Shown here: piece after piece, positions 39,546 to 52,655 of the stretch | How the letters are laid out: the number at the start of each line of letters is the position of its first letter | Numbering within the stretch: position 1 is the first letter of the stretch | NCBI RefSeq assembly: GCF_947568905.1 | Contig: NC_079168.1 | Coordinates: 36,146,001-36,210,000, forward strand | DNA: 64,000 nucleotides | Direction: 5' to 3' | Origin: Ostrea edulis | Taxonomy: Eukaryota | The notes under the pieces: model-generated | Seen by the model: only the letters and a program-made list of their open reading frames with translations | The model's database searches: none | What the model was told of the DNA's origin: nothing | Position numbers and translations under genes: made by a program

Positions 39546-41057
39546 TTTTTTAGGTCACCTGAGTAAACTTAGGTGACCTATTGCAATTGGTTGTCGTCTG
39601 TCGTTAACAATTGAACATTTTTAACTTCTTGATAACTACCAGTCCAATTCTTTTTAAATTTGGTATGAAGCATCTTTGGAACAAGGTTAACATAAATTGT
39701 AAATTTCAGGATTCTTAAGGGCGGGGCAAAAACGTGTCGAAATTAACTTTTTCTACCACAGGCTAATTTTAGCTTGTGGGTAAAAAATCCACAGGCTAAA
39801 ATGAAAACCTACAAGCTAAAATAAGAATAATGAAGCAGTGCTCTTTTTTCATCATGTTTTTTTAAATCAATGATTTCCCCCATCATTATTGAGCCTAGTG
39901 GGTCAACGGGCATCGTTTGGACAAATTACGTAAGTTATGTGGTGCAATGTTTAGGTCTCTTGACCATCGCACCTCTAATCCACAACCTGTTTACTGCAAG
40001 TCTAGATCCAATGTCTTCCAATTTCATGCCACATCAGGGGTGTCACTACTTTTTTAAAACTGCCCAAAATTGACCAATTTTCAAAAATCTTCTTCCCAAG
40101 AACCGCACATGTGTAAGAAAAACTAAATGCATGGTGATGGAGAGTAGGAAGGCTTCTACCGAAATTGTAAATTTCATGATTCCCGGGGTAGGGGTTTTGA
40201 CCCCAGGGCAGGGCCAAACTTGCTATATAGTGTTTATGTGTAAAACACTTAAATAACATCTTCTTTGGTACTATTGATACTAAATTGTAACTAAATGGAT
40301 ATTTTGAAAGAGAAATTGATGATCCCAGGGGTAGGAGTTTTGATATTACGGTGGGGCCAAAATAGTTGGTTATTAAATGTGTGAACAATAGTAATTTTTA
40401 ACTTCTTTTTGATAACTACTATACCAATTCTTTTCAAATTTGGTTTGAAGCATCTTTGAAACAAGGGGAACATGAATTGTAAATTTCAGGATTCATGCAT
40501 CCCTGGGACCTTAAAGGCAGGACAAAAACTGCCCAGAATTGACCCATTTTCAAAATTATTCTTCTCTAGAACCGCACGTTCAAAAACTAAATACATCAAG
40601 ATGTAAAGCAGGAAGGCTTCTACCAAAATTGTAAATTTCACGATCCTTGGGTAGAGGTTTTGACCCCAGGGTGGGTCCAAACTTAGTATATAGTGTTTAT
40701 GTGTAAGTTTGCTAATACTGTATACAATCTAAATGCATACTAAGGAATAGCAGAAAAAGATGTACAAAGAATGGTGAATTTCATAACCCAGGGTTTTGAC
40801 TCTAACATGGGTCCAAATTAGTCATATCTTTTATAATGTTAATACATCTATTATATTATATGAAGCCTTTCATCAGTTTATGCACTTATGAGGGCATTGA
40901 AGTTGTAAGAACACATCTTGTTTTAAATACTTTTGCTGAATGTTAAAATTTAGCTTAGCTATTCAGAACAGGAAATTTTTTTATAGTCCTTGGGAGTATA
41001 GTGATAATTTTTCACTAGTAATCAGGTGACTTATTAAGGCCTGTGGGCCTCTTGTTT
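39546..41057 (-). mobile_element. HINE-like non-autonomous Helentron
   Basis: On the minus strand it begins aaacaagaggcccacaggcc and ends in the hairpin taggtcacctaagtttactcaggtgacctaaaaa. There is an internal duplicated block (about 39620-39740 versus 40400-40530). Confidence 0.7.
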
Positions 41058-41517
41058 AACTACCCTATTGAAAAGTAAAGTTTTGTCAGGTGATTGCTGG
41101 GGTATTTTCAACATCCCGCAAAGCATGTTCATCGCGCCCGATTGTTTGTGAGAGCGTATGTGCAGAATGTGTCTGATCAGAGCACTTCAACTATGAATAT
41201 TGGTGATTTACACGATTTTATTCAATGATGATGGTGTACATGTATGTATTTTCAGTTATTGTACACTTTTCATAAAAGGAAATACACCACAGCCATGATC
41301 CATTTAACAGTATACAGTCTACTCCTCTTTAGCCTTGTAATATATTGAAGTAACTTATATTGAACTATCTAGCTGTTGCATGTATATTGAGGTTAAATAA
41401 ATCCCCAGTAGCATTATTTATATACATGTAGTTCAACATTTGTTATATATGTATTGAACTTTTGGATTTAATGAGTTCACGATATACCGGAGTACTTAGA
41501 GCATTCGTTACGGTATA

Positions 41518-43057
41518 CGAGGGCTGTTCGATATAAGGATATGTAATGTGTATTGTACGATATCTCAAAAGCAGTGAAATGAACATTACACCCCTTCAAA
41601 GTATTCTCCGTGGTTTGAAATACATAATTTCAATCTTTGAATCCATTTCTGAAATGCGTCACGGTACGCTGATTTAGGTAGACCTCTGAGGCACTGACTG
41701 CAGATGGCTGAGCCAAGGGCTTGTCGGGACTTGTAATGACGACCAGATAAGAACTTTTTAAGTTTTGGAAAAGGGAAGAGGTCGCATGGGGCTAGATCTG
41801 GAGAGTATGGTGGGTGTGGCAAGACGGTAACCTTCTCCGACTTCAAAAATTGCTTCACAAGCCCATATGTATGTGATGGAGCGTTATCAAAAAGTGGACG
41901 AACATGCATAAATCCTGACATAGGGCGTCGTTTATGATAATATTTCTTGAGCTTTTTTATTATAACATCTCGGTAATACCGACCTGTAACACTTTTGCCC
42001 TTCGGCACAGGAATTTGTTCGGCTATACCATCACATGGGAATATGCAATAAAGAACCTTCTTTGTGCTTATGGTTCTTTTGGCAACTACAGGCCTTCTAC
42101 CGTGTTTAGTTAGCCATATATTCCCCCCCCCCCCACTTTTTCGTACTGGTTCGAAATATTTAAAATCCACCTATGATGTCATTCTTTTGTTCGAACACTC
42201 CATTATTTTTCAGGAATGGAGTGCTCGGAAAGTAGGTCAACCTTTATACAAGTAGATATAAATGCATGCAACAAAAGAATGAAAAACGTAAGACATGATT
42301 AAAATGCACAAAGTGTAATAGCAAGGGGCCCAGCAAAGGTGGATTTTACATGTAAGTGGGTCAGCTAGTGTACTCGTATCACTCCATTCCTTAAAAGCAA
42401 TGGACTTCGGGGCTAGCTCGGTCCATTACTTTAAGGAATGGAGCGATACTCGTACATTAACCCTTACTGAACCCATGTTTCGTCACCAGTAACAATGTTT
42501 GCAAATTGTCTTTGATTGAATTTGGGAAACATTTTGAGCAATTGCTGAACGGTTTGTACTCGTACCCGTTTTTGGTCATCTATCAATATATGCGGTATCC
42601 ATCTGGCAGAAATCTTGCATACTTTCAAAATACGCTTCAACATGAAATGCACCCGCGATAACGATATGCCAACAGCTTTAGCAATATCACGAATCGTGTA
42701 TCTGCCATTACTTTCGATAATTTCCCTGACTTGCGCCTTGCCTGTTACAGTCACAAGTCGGCCAGATTTTGCTGCATCTTTGACGGGCTCTGTGCCATGC
42801 AGTCATAAATTTCTTTCTCCACCTACGAACTGTCTCATAAGATACCTTATCAGACCTATAAACTTCCCCCAATTCAGCAAAAATCTGCATTACAGAATGA
42901 CCGAGTTTTGTGCGAACTTTTATATAAGCTCTAATTTCTTCAAAATTCTCAACCCGTTTCCCAACCATTTTTACAACTGGCAAACGACTGGCTCTATTGA
43001 AATGACTATAAGTTTCCTTGTAAATCTCCGTTTTCATGATATTAAAATAGCACCTTG
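41518..43057 (-). mobile_element. Mariner (Tc1/mariner, D34D type) transposon, inactivated
   Basis: Left end TA|CGAGGGCTGTTCGATA; an imperfect right end ...GCACCTTG|TA. The minus-strand transposase pieces are an HTH (EIRAYIKVRTKLG...VRRWRKKF), WIPHIL, IVTGDETWV, DNAPSH and HPPYSPDLAPCD. It carries a 4-bp frameshift near 42790 and a ~310-bp insertion (42159-42467) directly after GDETWV. Confidence 0.88.
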
Positions 43058-44472
43058 TATGGTAACAGTCTTAAAGAGAAGGATGTTTCCCCTTTGCAAT
43101 AAAATTTCCCTCCAGAGAAAATGGCTTTACACAGTTAGAGTAAAATTAACAACAACATCCCTGGGAAAACTGGCTTTAGAGTATTATAGGAATTATAACT
43201 CCGCCATGAAAATCCCTCTGAAGAGAGTCGGATATACGCTCCTCTTCCCTTTCACATTTCAGCCGTGACTCGCGACGATGGCTTCCCAATCTCTGTCTCA
43301 ATTTTCAATCAGTGCTCACCACAAATGCTCTAACGAACAATATTTAATTATGGCGGAGATTGACACCAATTACAAAATTTTATATGGATTTATGCATATG
43401 TTTAGTGCCTCTTTTTACTTAAATGTAAGATTTTAGTTTTAAACCAATTCAAAAGATGTGTTGGAGCAACACAAATGCCCTGTCTAAGGGCCAAAAACTA
43501 TGTTAAAAGTTATCTGACCGGTCACATATGATATACCTACCATATATACCTGTATCCCAAGTTTGAATTCAAAATATCCGGCCATGTATGACTTGAGATA
43601 ATGAGTGGAAACTGAATTGTTTGAAATTTATCAAGTGAAAGGACCAACAATAAGAAGTCTTAAGCCTCACAGTGTGACATTTACATGTATGATTTAAACA
43701 CGATTTGAGTATATCATTTTCCAGGAGGCCTATTTGGTTCGTGACACACACTCGCGCACAGTTCCGATTCATCAACAGAGCAAGTTTGTATGGAGCACCA
43801 AAGTAACATCAACAGAAATATTTGAAGAAATCGTTAATTATTTGAGGATACCATTGATTCAATTATTGCATACAATAATTCAATTGCTACCCACATCAAA
43901 TTATAATTATTGCTCTCATCAATTGAATTGATGCGCGCATCAATTGAATTATTGCACACATTTTAAAATTGATTTGATGCGCGCATCTACTGACATTGCG
44001 GGCAATAATAGATGTGCACATCAATATTGAATTATTGCTGGCAATAATTGAATTGATGGGCACACCAACTGTTCAAAGTATTGTACACAGTAATTGAATT
44101 GATGCGTGTATCAAATCAATTATTGTTCTCATTAGTTATAAATTGATGAGTGCTATCTATATACAAAATAATTATGAAAAATATTGCTTAGGTTAATTTT
44201 TCTTAAACATAAACTTTTACGTTGTACAGACAAACTGTATATGTCAAAAACTTTGGTACTAAAAAAATTTCTTGTCAAAGGGAATGCATACATGATGAAA
44301 GTAAGGCACAGTGTATATCACTCCCATTTTCAAAAAGTTATGAGCAAGGTTAAAGTTTTGAAATACTGGTCAACCTTCAAGGTCAAAGATCATGGTCTGA
44401 AATGTAAGGTCTTGTCATGAAGAATCTATATACAAAATATGAAACCTCTGGCTTGTGTTGTCCAAGTTAGGT

Positions 44473-47400
44473 CCCGTACCAAACATCCTAACAAATGCTC
44501 ATGAGCAGCTCATGAGAAGCACATAAAAATCTGGTAAGAATCGTATGCAAATTAGTTAGCATTTAATTTTGCTCATGTGCAGATTGTTAGTCTCTGTTAG
44601 GGAGGAAAATACTAACCAAAATGCACATATGCAAAATTTTGCTCACCTGAATGCTCATGAGCAAAAGTCGATTCAAATTGCTCACATAAGCAACTGGCTA
44701 TCGATGTTGGATTAATTTTTCTAAGTTCAACTTTCTCACGTGAGCAAGAGGTTAGGAAATTGGACTTAGTCAAAAAATGAGAGTGGTAAAAATTCACCTT
44801 TATATCGTATAATTTACATATCAGGATTTTATCCAGGTACGTTATTCTGGTTTGTGGAATGCTAATTTATACTAAGTTAGAATAATCTAAGCTGTATACC
44901 AAAGTAGGTCTTCATGGGGCTTTACGGCTCTATGCATCGTAAATAGAGATCGGGTTCAATGCGTCGGGTGTGGGATTCACACAATATATGCTGAGCGCGA
45001 AAGTTGATTGACAGGCGCCATGATGTTATACCGGTAAACAACATTTTGAACATGAATCGAGAACAGGAGTTGAATCAGTTGATGCAGATATTCTGAGGAG
45101 AATCTTCCAGTCATTGAGTAAGTGAATTACTGTGTGTCTTATAGTTATAAACTCTGTAATATATTGTTCAAAACGAAACTGACCATCGCTCATATTGTAT
45201 GTTGTTGCGTCAAATCTTGCAAGTCAGTGTTTACGTTCATACATTCAATTCTTTGGAATTATGTGGAATTCATTTTTTTTTAAATTTCCTTTGTATGAGA
45301 TTAGACTCCTTCTAGTTGCATTATCGTAGCCCTCGCGGATTTTTTTCCTTTATACATTAGGACAGGACCATAAGGCACTTTAAAAAATGGAGAGAGAGAG
45401 GAAGAAATGCCGAAAAACAAACAAATAATTAGGCACTATTTCCGTAATACTTATGCTATTTTTTGTTTACTTTCTACTCGGGTGATGATTTGCAAAACTG
45501 AATTAGTTTCTTAAGTAAATGGTGTTTTTTAATGAATGGTTGATTATTTTTTTTATTCAAATGCTTATGATTTGAACCCAGATGTCCAGTTAGAAAAATT
45601 AAACTGCATTATGATCAGGGATGTGACCTCCGGAATCTCAATATTGTCACTACATCAATGCATATACGTTATTAAAATGGATTGAAGATCTTGTCTTGGC
45701 AATAAAGTTAATTTGTATGTAAAGTCGGGTCAGCGTGATATTAACAGTTGAGCATCAGATATTGCATGTATTGGCCCAATGGGCTGTAATGCAACATTGA
45801 TTATTGCTCGGCTTTGAAAATCGGTGGCCCCAGGTGACGGTAATTACATGTACACACCACAGAATGATTCCTCCTATGTTAGATGCCTTGCAAACTTGTA
45901 TATAGGAGGGCCAATGGTATCTCGTAATTATTTAAAATTTGATATCTTTTTCAGAATATATTTCATGATAGTCGTGCAGATTCAGAAGTTGTGATGGTGT
46001 GTTGATAGGCTGTCTTCAACTTGCCATATCTGAGAGTTCCAACATGCAGGCCTGGATTATTGTGTATAAATCACTAATGAAGTTACTTAGTGTTATTTAG
46101 TTTTTTTTAAAAAGAATGACATTTCAATTTATACACACTTGCCAAGTGAATCTGATGAGACTGCTACATGTATTTGGAAGAATCAATAAAAGAAAGTGTC
46201 AATCTTGACCAGTTTTTCCAGCCTGGAGATGGGAAGGTATGTAACATTTACACATTTAATGAGTAAGTTCAAATCATTCCTTATATCAATTGTAAATGAA
46301 TTTAAACATTATATTGCTGGTATATGTTTATTTGCTTGAATGACATTCATGACTGACTGTAAAAAAAAAAAAAACTAGACTGAACTTAATGTAAAATTTG
46401 AACAGATAAAACTTGTGGAGGGACAGTCGCTATACATTGATTCAGTGAAGCTGGCAATCCTGAAGAGGAAATGCAAGAAAAATGAAAGTAAAACTTTAAA
46501 AGCTTTGTTGGACTTTTACTTTACACCAAAGTACCTCGCAATGCACTCTGCAACAGGAGAGAAATCAGCAAAACCAGGCTTACCAGTGAAAGTTGTAAAT
46601 CCAATTAGAGGTATGTTCATTGTGGGATCAAAATCGGTTGATGTTTGTTATAAAAATTCTAATATAGTAGCAAATTATGTAAATAAATTTTAAAAAGTTA
46701 CATGTATAATTAGCTATTTTATTTTTCAGATTACATGCAACAAAGTTTCAAAGTGGATGCCTCTACCTTAAATGCAATTATCAACCGGAAGTGCTTGGAT
46801 GCAAAGAGATCCAAAAAATGTTGACGATCAATGTCTATATTGACTGTAAAATCTCTTCATAAATACAGTAAAAAATGTAGAGCTAATGAATATGCTGTGT
46901 GTACAAACATAAGTAGGGAGTTATTTTGTTGCACATAATATAATATACTAGGTGTTAAATGATTGATTTTAAGTAAAAAAGTGAATATCACTGTACATTT
47001 ATGCAAGTATTTACATGCTGCTTAAGATTAATGGCATTTATTGTTTTAAATTTATATTATGCAACTACTTCTTTATATAGTGATTCATGTCAGTTTATCA
47101 ATACTACGAGTAAAATTTTGTGTAACTTTTCATTTGAATTAATTGTGGTGTTTTCTTAACTTTAAACAATATGTACAGGATAATTATGAAAGTTTGCAAT
47201 AATGTCTATAGTTTTTCCATATGCCAGTAAATTTCAGTTTTGTGTTGTTTGGAAATTTTATTATCTCAGAACTTTCCACATGTTCCTATTAATATAATGT
47301 TCAAGAATGTATAGAATTATATTTTTATAATGACATATGTAATTATGTATAAATGTATAGAATTATATTTTTAAAATGACAGATGTAAATATATACTGGT

Positions 47401-47649
47401 GTTGTAATTTCAATTTTTCTCCGTTGTCCTTGAAGTGAGAAACTGTGGCACATGAGGCTCATGAGCAAAACTTTTGGTGAGCGAAAATATTCCTCACGTG
47501 AGCAAAAAATCCTCATGTGCAGAATTTTGCTCACGTGAGCATTTCACCTAATTTGCATGTTAAATTGTTCATAAGACTCACGTGAGGAAATCTTGTTAGT
47601 CCTCACGTGAGCTTCTCATGAGCAAATTGTGAGAACGTTTTGATATGGG
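44473..47649 (+). mobile_element. EnSpm/CMC-like DNA transposon derivative (3177 bp) carrying a BEN-domain gene
   Basis: Ends are CCCGTACCAAA... and ...TTTGATATGGG, forming an imperfect ~45-bp TIR. A 2-bp duplication GT lies at 44471-72 and 47650-51. Clustered palindromic subterminal motifs occur at both ends. The element is inserted in a HINE-like element. No DDE transposase ORF is visible. Confidence 0.75.
46168..46824 (+). CDS. BEN domain-containing protein (transposon-borne), at least 122 aa, 3 exons
   Basis: Exons 46168-46236, 46406-46610 and 46730-46824 (GT-AG, in phase) give MYLEESIKESVNLDQFFQPGDGKIKLVEGQSLYIDSVKLAILKRKCKKNESKTLKALLDFYFTPKYLAMHSATGEKSAKPGLPVKVVNPIRDYMQQSFKVDASTLNAIINRKCLDAKRSKKC*. 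The pattern LL..F...LA.HS.TG....P.L....V..I....I..KC...R is typical of BEN domains. Upstream exon-like pieces (about 45020-45117) appear frame-disrupted. Confidence 0.72.
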
Positions 47650-48117
47650 GTGTTCTTAAAAGTAGGCCGAACTCCAGAGTCAAAGTAAAAAGGTAACTTT
47701 GGTATCATGTAATAAAGGTGTTGTCACAAGAAAGGCACATCTGTCCTATATTACACACCATTCAAAAGTTATGAGCAAGGTTATAGTTTCAGACAGACAG
47801 GACAGATCCAAGATATGTCCCCTCCAACTGACTTTAGTTTCGGGGCATAAAAAGTTAGGTACGTTTGCATTTTCATATAATTTAATGTAGTTTAAAGAAT
47901 TTGTTTTGATCAACTTCCTTAAATTAATATTCCCATGTAAAACTTCAATCTCCTATGTGGCCAGTCTGATTAAAACCATGCAGCCCACCTTTTTCTGACG
48001 ATAGGAGAACCTTGGGGGCTGGTTTATGACGATAGGAGAAGGGGTTCTGGTTTTAATCAGACTGCTATGTGGCAACCCAACTCGGGGGACCCTGAATTGA
48101 AAACAACTAATTTGCAC

Positions 48118-48470
48118 CATACCAATCTATTAAATTTCAAATCTTTTCTAACCGTTACACTGGAGAAGGATCTGACAGCACATTTGAGGTCCATTATCGT
48201 TAAAATATATTTCATGTGCCGTTCTAACATTGCTCATGGCCACCACCATCTTCGACGAATATTCTCTGGTACTTCTCAGTAATTATTGACAAGCGTATGA
48301 TAAATACAAAGTGTGTTCCGATATAACACAACAAAACGTTCATGTTAGCAAAAGCCGTCATTTGATTGGTCAAGTGTGAAAGTTGAAATAACATGACCTC
48401 AAACACAATGCTGTCAGATCCTTCCCCAGTGTAACGGTTAGAGGTCTGGTTTTAATTGGATTGGCACCAT
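48118..48470. mobile_element. MITE-like inverted repeat element
   Basis: ctaaccgttacactggagaaggatctgacagcac..tttgaggtc is inverted as gacctcaaacacaatgctgtcagatccttccccagtgtaacggttag. Confidence 0.55.
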
Positions 48471-49044
48471 ACCTGAAGATGCCTGCATATCAATATGACA
48501 AACCATAGTCCTGTTCTTCATTTTTTAAGATGTTTCCCTAGATATATTCCCATACAAAACTTTAATCCCCTATTGTGAACCCCCACCAAGATGCAATAAT
48601 GTAGCCCTCTCCGATTTTGGGAGGGAGGGGGGAGAAAATGTCAGAATAATAAAAATCGGATAGGGCTACATTATTGCAGCTAACCCCCACCCTACCGCTG
48701 GGGTAATGATTTGAACAAAATTGAATGTGTACTACCTGGGGATGCTTGCATATGACTATGACCAATGGTCCCCGGGGGCGGCATCCTTACAAGTCAGGGG
48801 TTATTGATTCGTTACGAATCAATTTTGAGAAGAAAAGTTTTTAATGATGTTTTCCTATATATTCCCATGTTAACTTTGATCCCCTATTGTGGACCCACCC
48901 TACCCCCGGGGGTTACAATTTCAACATACTCAAGAATCTGCACTACCTGGCATGGAAAATTTCAAAGTCATAAAAAAACCCAGGAAAACGTTAGATATTT
49001 CGGACTAGTGATCCAGATGATTGGTAAGCAGAGAAGATTAGAAT

Positions 49045-49270
49045 AGGTCTTCAGTGCCCCTTGTTTGTCGTATGAGGTGACTAAATGGGGCGGTCCTTCA
49101 GAGGAGACAACAAAAACCGAGGCCCCGTGTCACAGCAGGTGTGGCATGAAATAGATCCCTCCCTGTTCAATGGCCATAAGCGCCGAGCATAGACCTAAAT
49201 TTTGCAGCCCTTCATCGGCAATACAACGTCTCCATATGAGCGAAAGGCTCTCAAGTGGTCAACTTCAAAC
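49045..49270 (+). mobile_element. Bivalve SINE 3' part
   Basis: gtcgtatgaggtgactaaatggggcggtccttc...gtgtcacagcaggtgtggca...gcgccgagcatagacctaaattttgcagcccttc. The same family occurs inverted at 63055-63117 and 63799-63927. Confidence 0.65.
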
Positions 49271-49869
49271 AACATACTATCTACCCTACCTCAAATAATT
49301 ACGAAGTGTGCATGGAGACTATAGGCGTGGTTTGCGATGATGAGTAAAAAAGGCACATCAATTGAAATTTCAGGAACGGATCCAAGGGACCAAGAAGTGA
49401 AAAATGAAGGCACCGTCACTAAAGGTTCGGGATTGAGGAGTGAAAAAAAGAAGACACCATCATCAAATGTTTAATGGGAACAGATCCAGAGGATTGAGAA
49501 GAAGAAAAATGAGGCACTATAATTGAAGAACCAGTCGATTGAAGCAGAAAAAGGCACCAGCACTGAAGATTCGGGAGCAAATTTAATCCATGCATGAGAA
49601 GCAGAAAAAGAAGGCATATCTCCGCCCTTTAAAACATCTTACCCTCACCCAAGTATCACTTATATTTCAAGACAGTAACAATGTATTTTATCGCCCTGTG
49701 CCGACAAATTTATCCATTTACACCCTGACAAACCTTGGTAGACTTCATGGAACACTTCTAGTATGCCGGTTCCCATCATATTAGAAACTACCCAGTCCGA
49801 CTATTTGAAATCCAGCTGCAATGCCGTGAAATAGTAGGGTCTGGCTTTTGTCAGACTGGAATTGGAAAC

Positions 49870-50461
49870 CACCCGGTCTCATCCTCTAAGCATTGGGAAC
49901 ATGTGTACCAAATTAGATGTATTCATGCAAGATTGACCCTAACGTTGAAAAATGATAGGCTTCTTCTAATCATTGAAAATCAATATATGCACCCAGGGGT
50001 GCATGAGATACATTGTAAAGTCACGAATGATGTGGCATATTTATAATTGTGAAGAACTAATTGTTGGATATAATGTAATAAATTCCTGTGAATACATTTT
50101 TAAAAGGAGATCCAGATATTTCTTTTTTCAGGACTGTGACCTTGACCTTTTTTCTCCAAAATCTAAAAGGAGTCTTCCTTACCTGGTACCTAACAATATC
50201 TTCAAGTATTATTTGATTAGGATTTAAACTTTCTGAGTTATCATCCGGAAACCAAACTTTCATTCTATTTTCGGTCACTGTGACCTTGACCTTTTTCTCC
50301 AAAATTATAGGGTCTTCCTTACCAGGTGCCCAACAATATATCAAAGTTTCATTTGATTAGATTGTAAATTTTCGAGTGATCATCCGGAAACCAATTGTTG
50401 ACACCCGCCCGCATCACCAAACCAATAGCCGAGTTCAACTTCGTTGCAACTCGGCTAAAAA
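49870..50461 (+). mobile_element. HINE-like element, same family as 61725-62580
   Basis: Shares atcaatatatgcacccaggggtgcat, the internal units, and the terminal hairpin tagccgagttcaacttcgttgcaactcggctaaaaa. Confidence 0.72.
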
Positions 50462-50617
50462 TATGTGCATAAAGTTTGATGATCCTTGCCACAGTTACAA
50501 GTACTAGTCTTGTATGTATCTGAACCACAAGGTGCTAACACTAAACAAACACCACTATGTAGCATGACCGTTCAATAACGTTTGTATCAATAAAAATCCA
50601 CTCCATGGAAACATTCC

Positions 50618-50618
<1 letters not shown>

Positions 50619-50654
<36 letters not shown>

Positions 50655-52603
50655 TCACCTTGGTCCATATCAGAAGATTTTCCATATCTATTTGCATGTA
50701 AAACCGTAGTCCCTATTATGGCCCCAAACCTTCCCCTGGAGGCCATGGTTTTTGCAAACTTGAATCTACACTATGTCAGAAAGCTTTCATGTAAATGTGA
50801 ACTTCTTTGGCCCAATGGTTCTTGAGAAGAAGATTTTCCCTATATATTTGTATGTAAAACTTTGATCCCCTATTGTGGCCCCATCCTACCCCAGGGGGGC
50901 ATGATTTTAACAAACCTGAATCTGCACTATATCAGAAAGCTTTCATATAAATCTCAGCTTTTCTGGCTTAGTGGTTCTGGGAAGAAGATTTTTAAAGATT
51001 TTTCCTATATATTTGTATGTAAAACTTTGACCCCTATTGTGGCCCCATCCGACCCCCGGGGGCCATGATTTTAACAATTTATAATCTGCACTATACCAGG
51101 AAGCTTTCATATAAACCTCAGCTTTTCTGGCTCAGTGGTTCTTGAGAAGAAGATTTTAAAAGATTTTTCCTATAAATTTGTATGTAAAACTTTGATGCCC
51201 CCTTGAGGCCCCATCCAATCCCCGGGGTCCATGATTTTAACAAACTTGAATCTGCACTATATCAAAAAAAAAACCCGAAAAAAAAACAAACTTTGACCCC
51301 CTATTGTGGCCCCATCCGATCCCCGGGGGCCATGATTTTAACAATTTAGAATCTGTACTATATCAGGAAGCTTTCATATAAATCTCAGCTTTTCTGGCTT
51401 AGTGGTTCTTGGGAAGAAGATTTTTCCTATATATTTGTATGTAAAACTTTGATCCCCTATTGTGGCCCCATCCGACCCCCGGGGGCCATGATTTTAACAA
51501 TTTAGAATCTGTACTATATCAGAAAGCTTTCATATAAACCTCAGCTTTTCTGGCTCAGTGGTTCTTGAGAAGATTTTAAAAGATTTTCCCTATATATTTG
51601 TATGTAAAACTTTGATCCCCTATTGTGGCCCCATCCAACCCCCGGGGGCCATGATTTTAACAATTTAGAATCTGCATTATATAAGGAAGCTTTCATATAA
51701 ACCTCAGCTTTTCTGGCTCAGTGGTTCTTGAGAAGAAGAGTTTTAAAGATTTTCCCTATATATTTGTATGTAAAACTTTGATCCCCTATTGTGGCCCCAT
51801 CCGACCTCCGGGGGCCATGATTTTAACAATTTAGAATCTGCATTATATAAGGAAGCTTTCATATAAATCTCAGCTTTTCTGGCTCAGTGGTTCTTGAGAA
51901 GAAGATTTTTCAAGATTTTCCCTATATATTTGTATGTAAAACTTTGATCCCCTATTGTGGCCCCATCCGACCCCCGGGGGCCATGATTTTAACAATTTAG
52001 AATCTGCATTATATAAGGAAGCTTTCATATAAACCTCAGCTTTTCTGGCTCAGTGGTTCTTGAGAAGAAGAGTTTTAAAGATTTTCCCTATATATTTGTA
52101 TGTAAAACTTTGATCCCCTATTGTGGCCCCATCCGACCCCCGGGGGCCATGATTTTAACAATTTAGAATCTGCATTATATAAGGAAGCTTTCATATAAAT
52201 CTCAGCTTTTCTGGCTTAGTGGTTCTTGAGAAGAAGATTTTTCAAGATTTTCCCTATATATTTGTATGTAAAACTTTGATCCCCTATTGTGGCCCCATCC
52301 GACCCCCGGGGGCCATGATTTTAACAATTTAGAATCTGCATTATGTCAGGAAGCTTTCATATAAATTTCATCTTTTCTGGCCCAGTGGTTCTTGAGAAGA
52401 AGATTTTTTAATGACCCTACCCTATTTTTACCTTTTCTTGATTATCTCCCCTTGGAAGGTGGCCTGGCCCTTTATTTTAACAATTTAGAATTCCCTTTAC
52501 CTAAGGATGTTTTGCGCCAACTTTGGTTGAAATTGGCCCAGTGGTTGTTGAGAAGAAGTTGAAAATGTGAAAAGTTTACAGACGGACGGACGGACGCCGG
52601 AAT

Positions 52604-52654
<51 letters not shown>
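50619..52654 (+). mobile_element. Helentron/Helitron-N2-like non-autonomous element carrying a ~166-bp HindIII (Cg170-like) satellite array
   Basis: 5' aacaagaggcccatgggccacatcgctcacctgag; 3' (ggac)n microsatellite then the hairpin agctcacttgagctttcagctcaggtgagctaaaaa. AAGCTT sites at 50781, 50937, 51101, 51368, 51524, 51687, 51853, 52019, 52185 and 52351 give spacings of 156-166 bp; one monomer near 51264 is disrupted. Confidence 0.88.

Positions 52655-52655
<1 letters not shown>

Larger units (their letters stand above)
43451..47853 (+). mobile_element. Helentron-associated non-autonomous element (HINE-like), host of nested insertions
   Basis: 5' end aaaagatgtgttggagcaacacaaatgccc; 3' end with a gacag microsatellite followed by gatatgtcccc...cggggcataaaa. 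It is split by the BEN element and by a block of palindromic aattgaattgatgcgcgcatcaattgaatt-type repeats (~43855-44165). Confidence 0.55.

Noticed and set aside
42615-43268. 217-aa plus-strand ORF
   Set aside because: It is antisense to the mariner transposase N-terminus and runs into unrelated flank; it shows no coherent protein features.
45020-46060. Additional upstream coding exons of the BEN gene (including an F-box-like DILRRIFQSL segment)
   Set aside because: No consistent open frame could be built because of stops and frameshifts; the F-box resemblance is too short to call.
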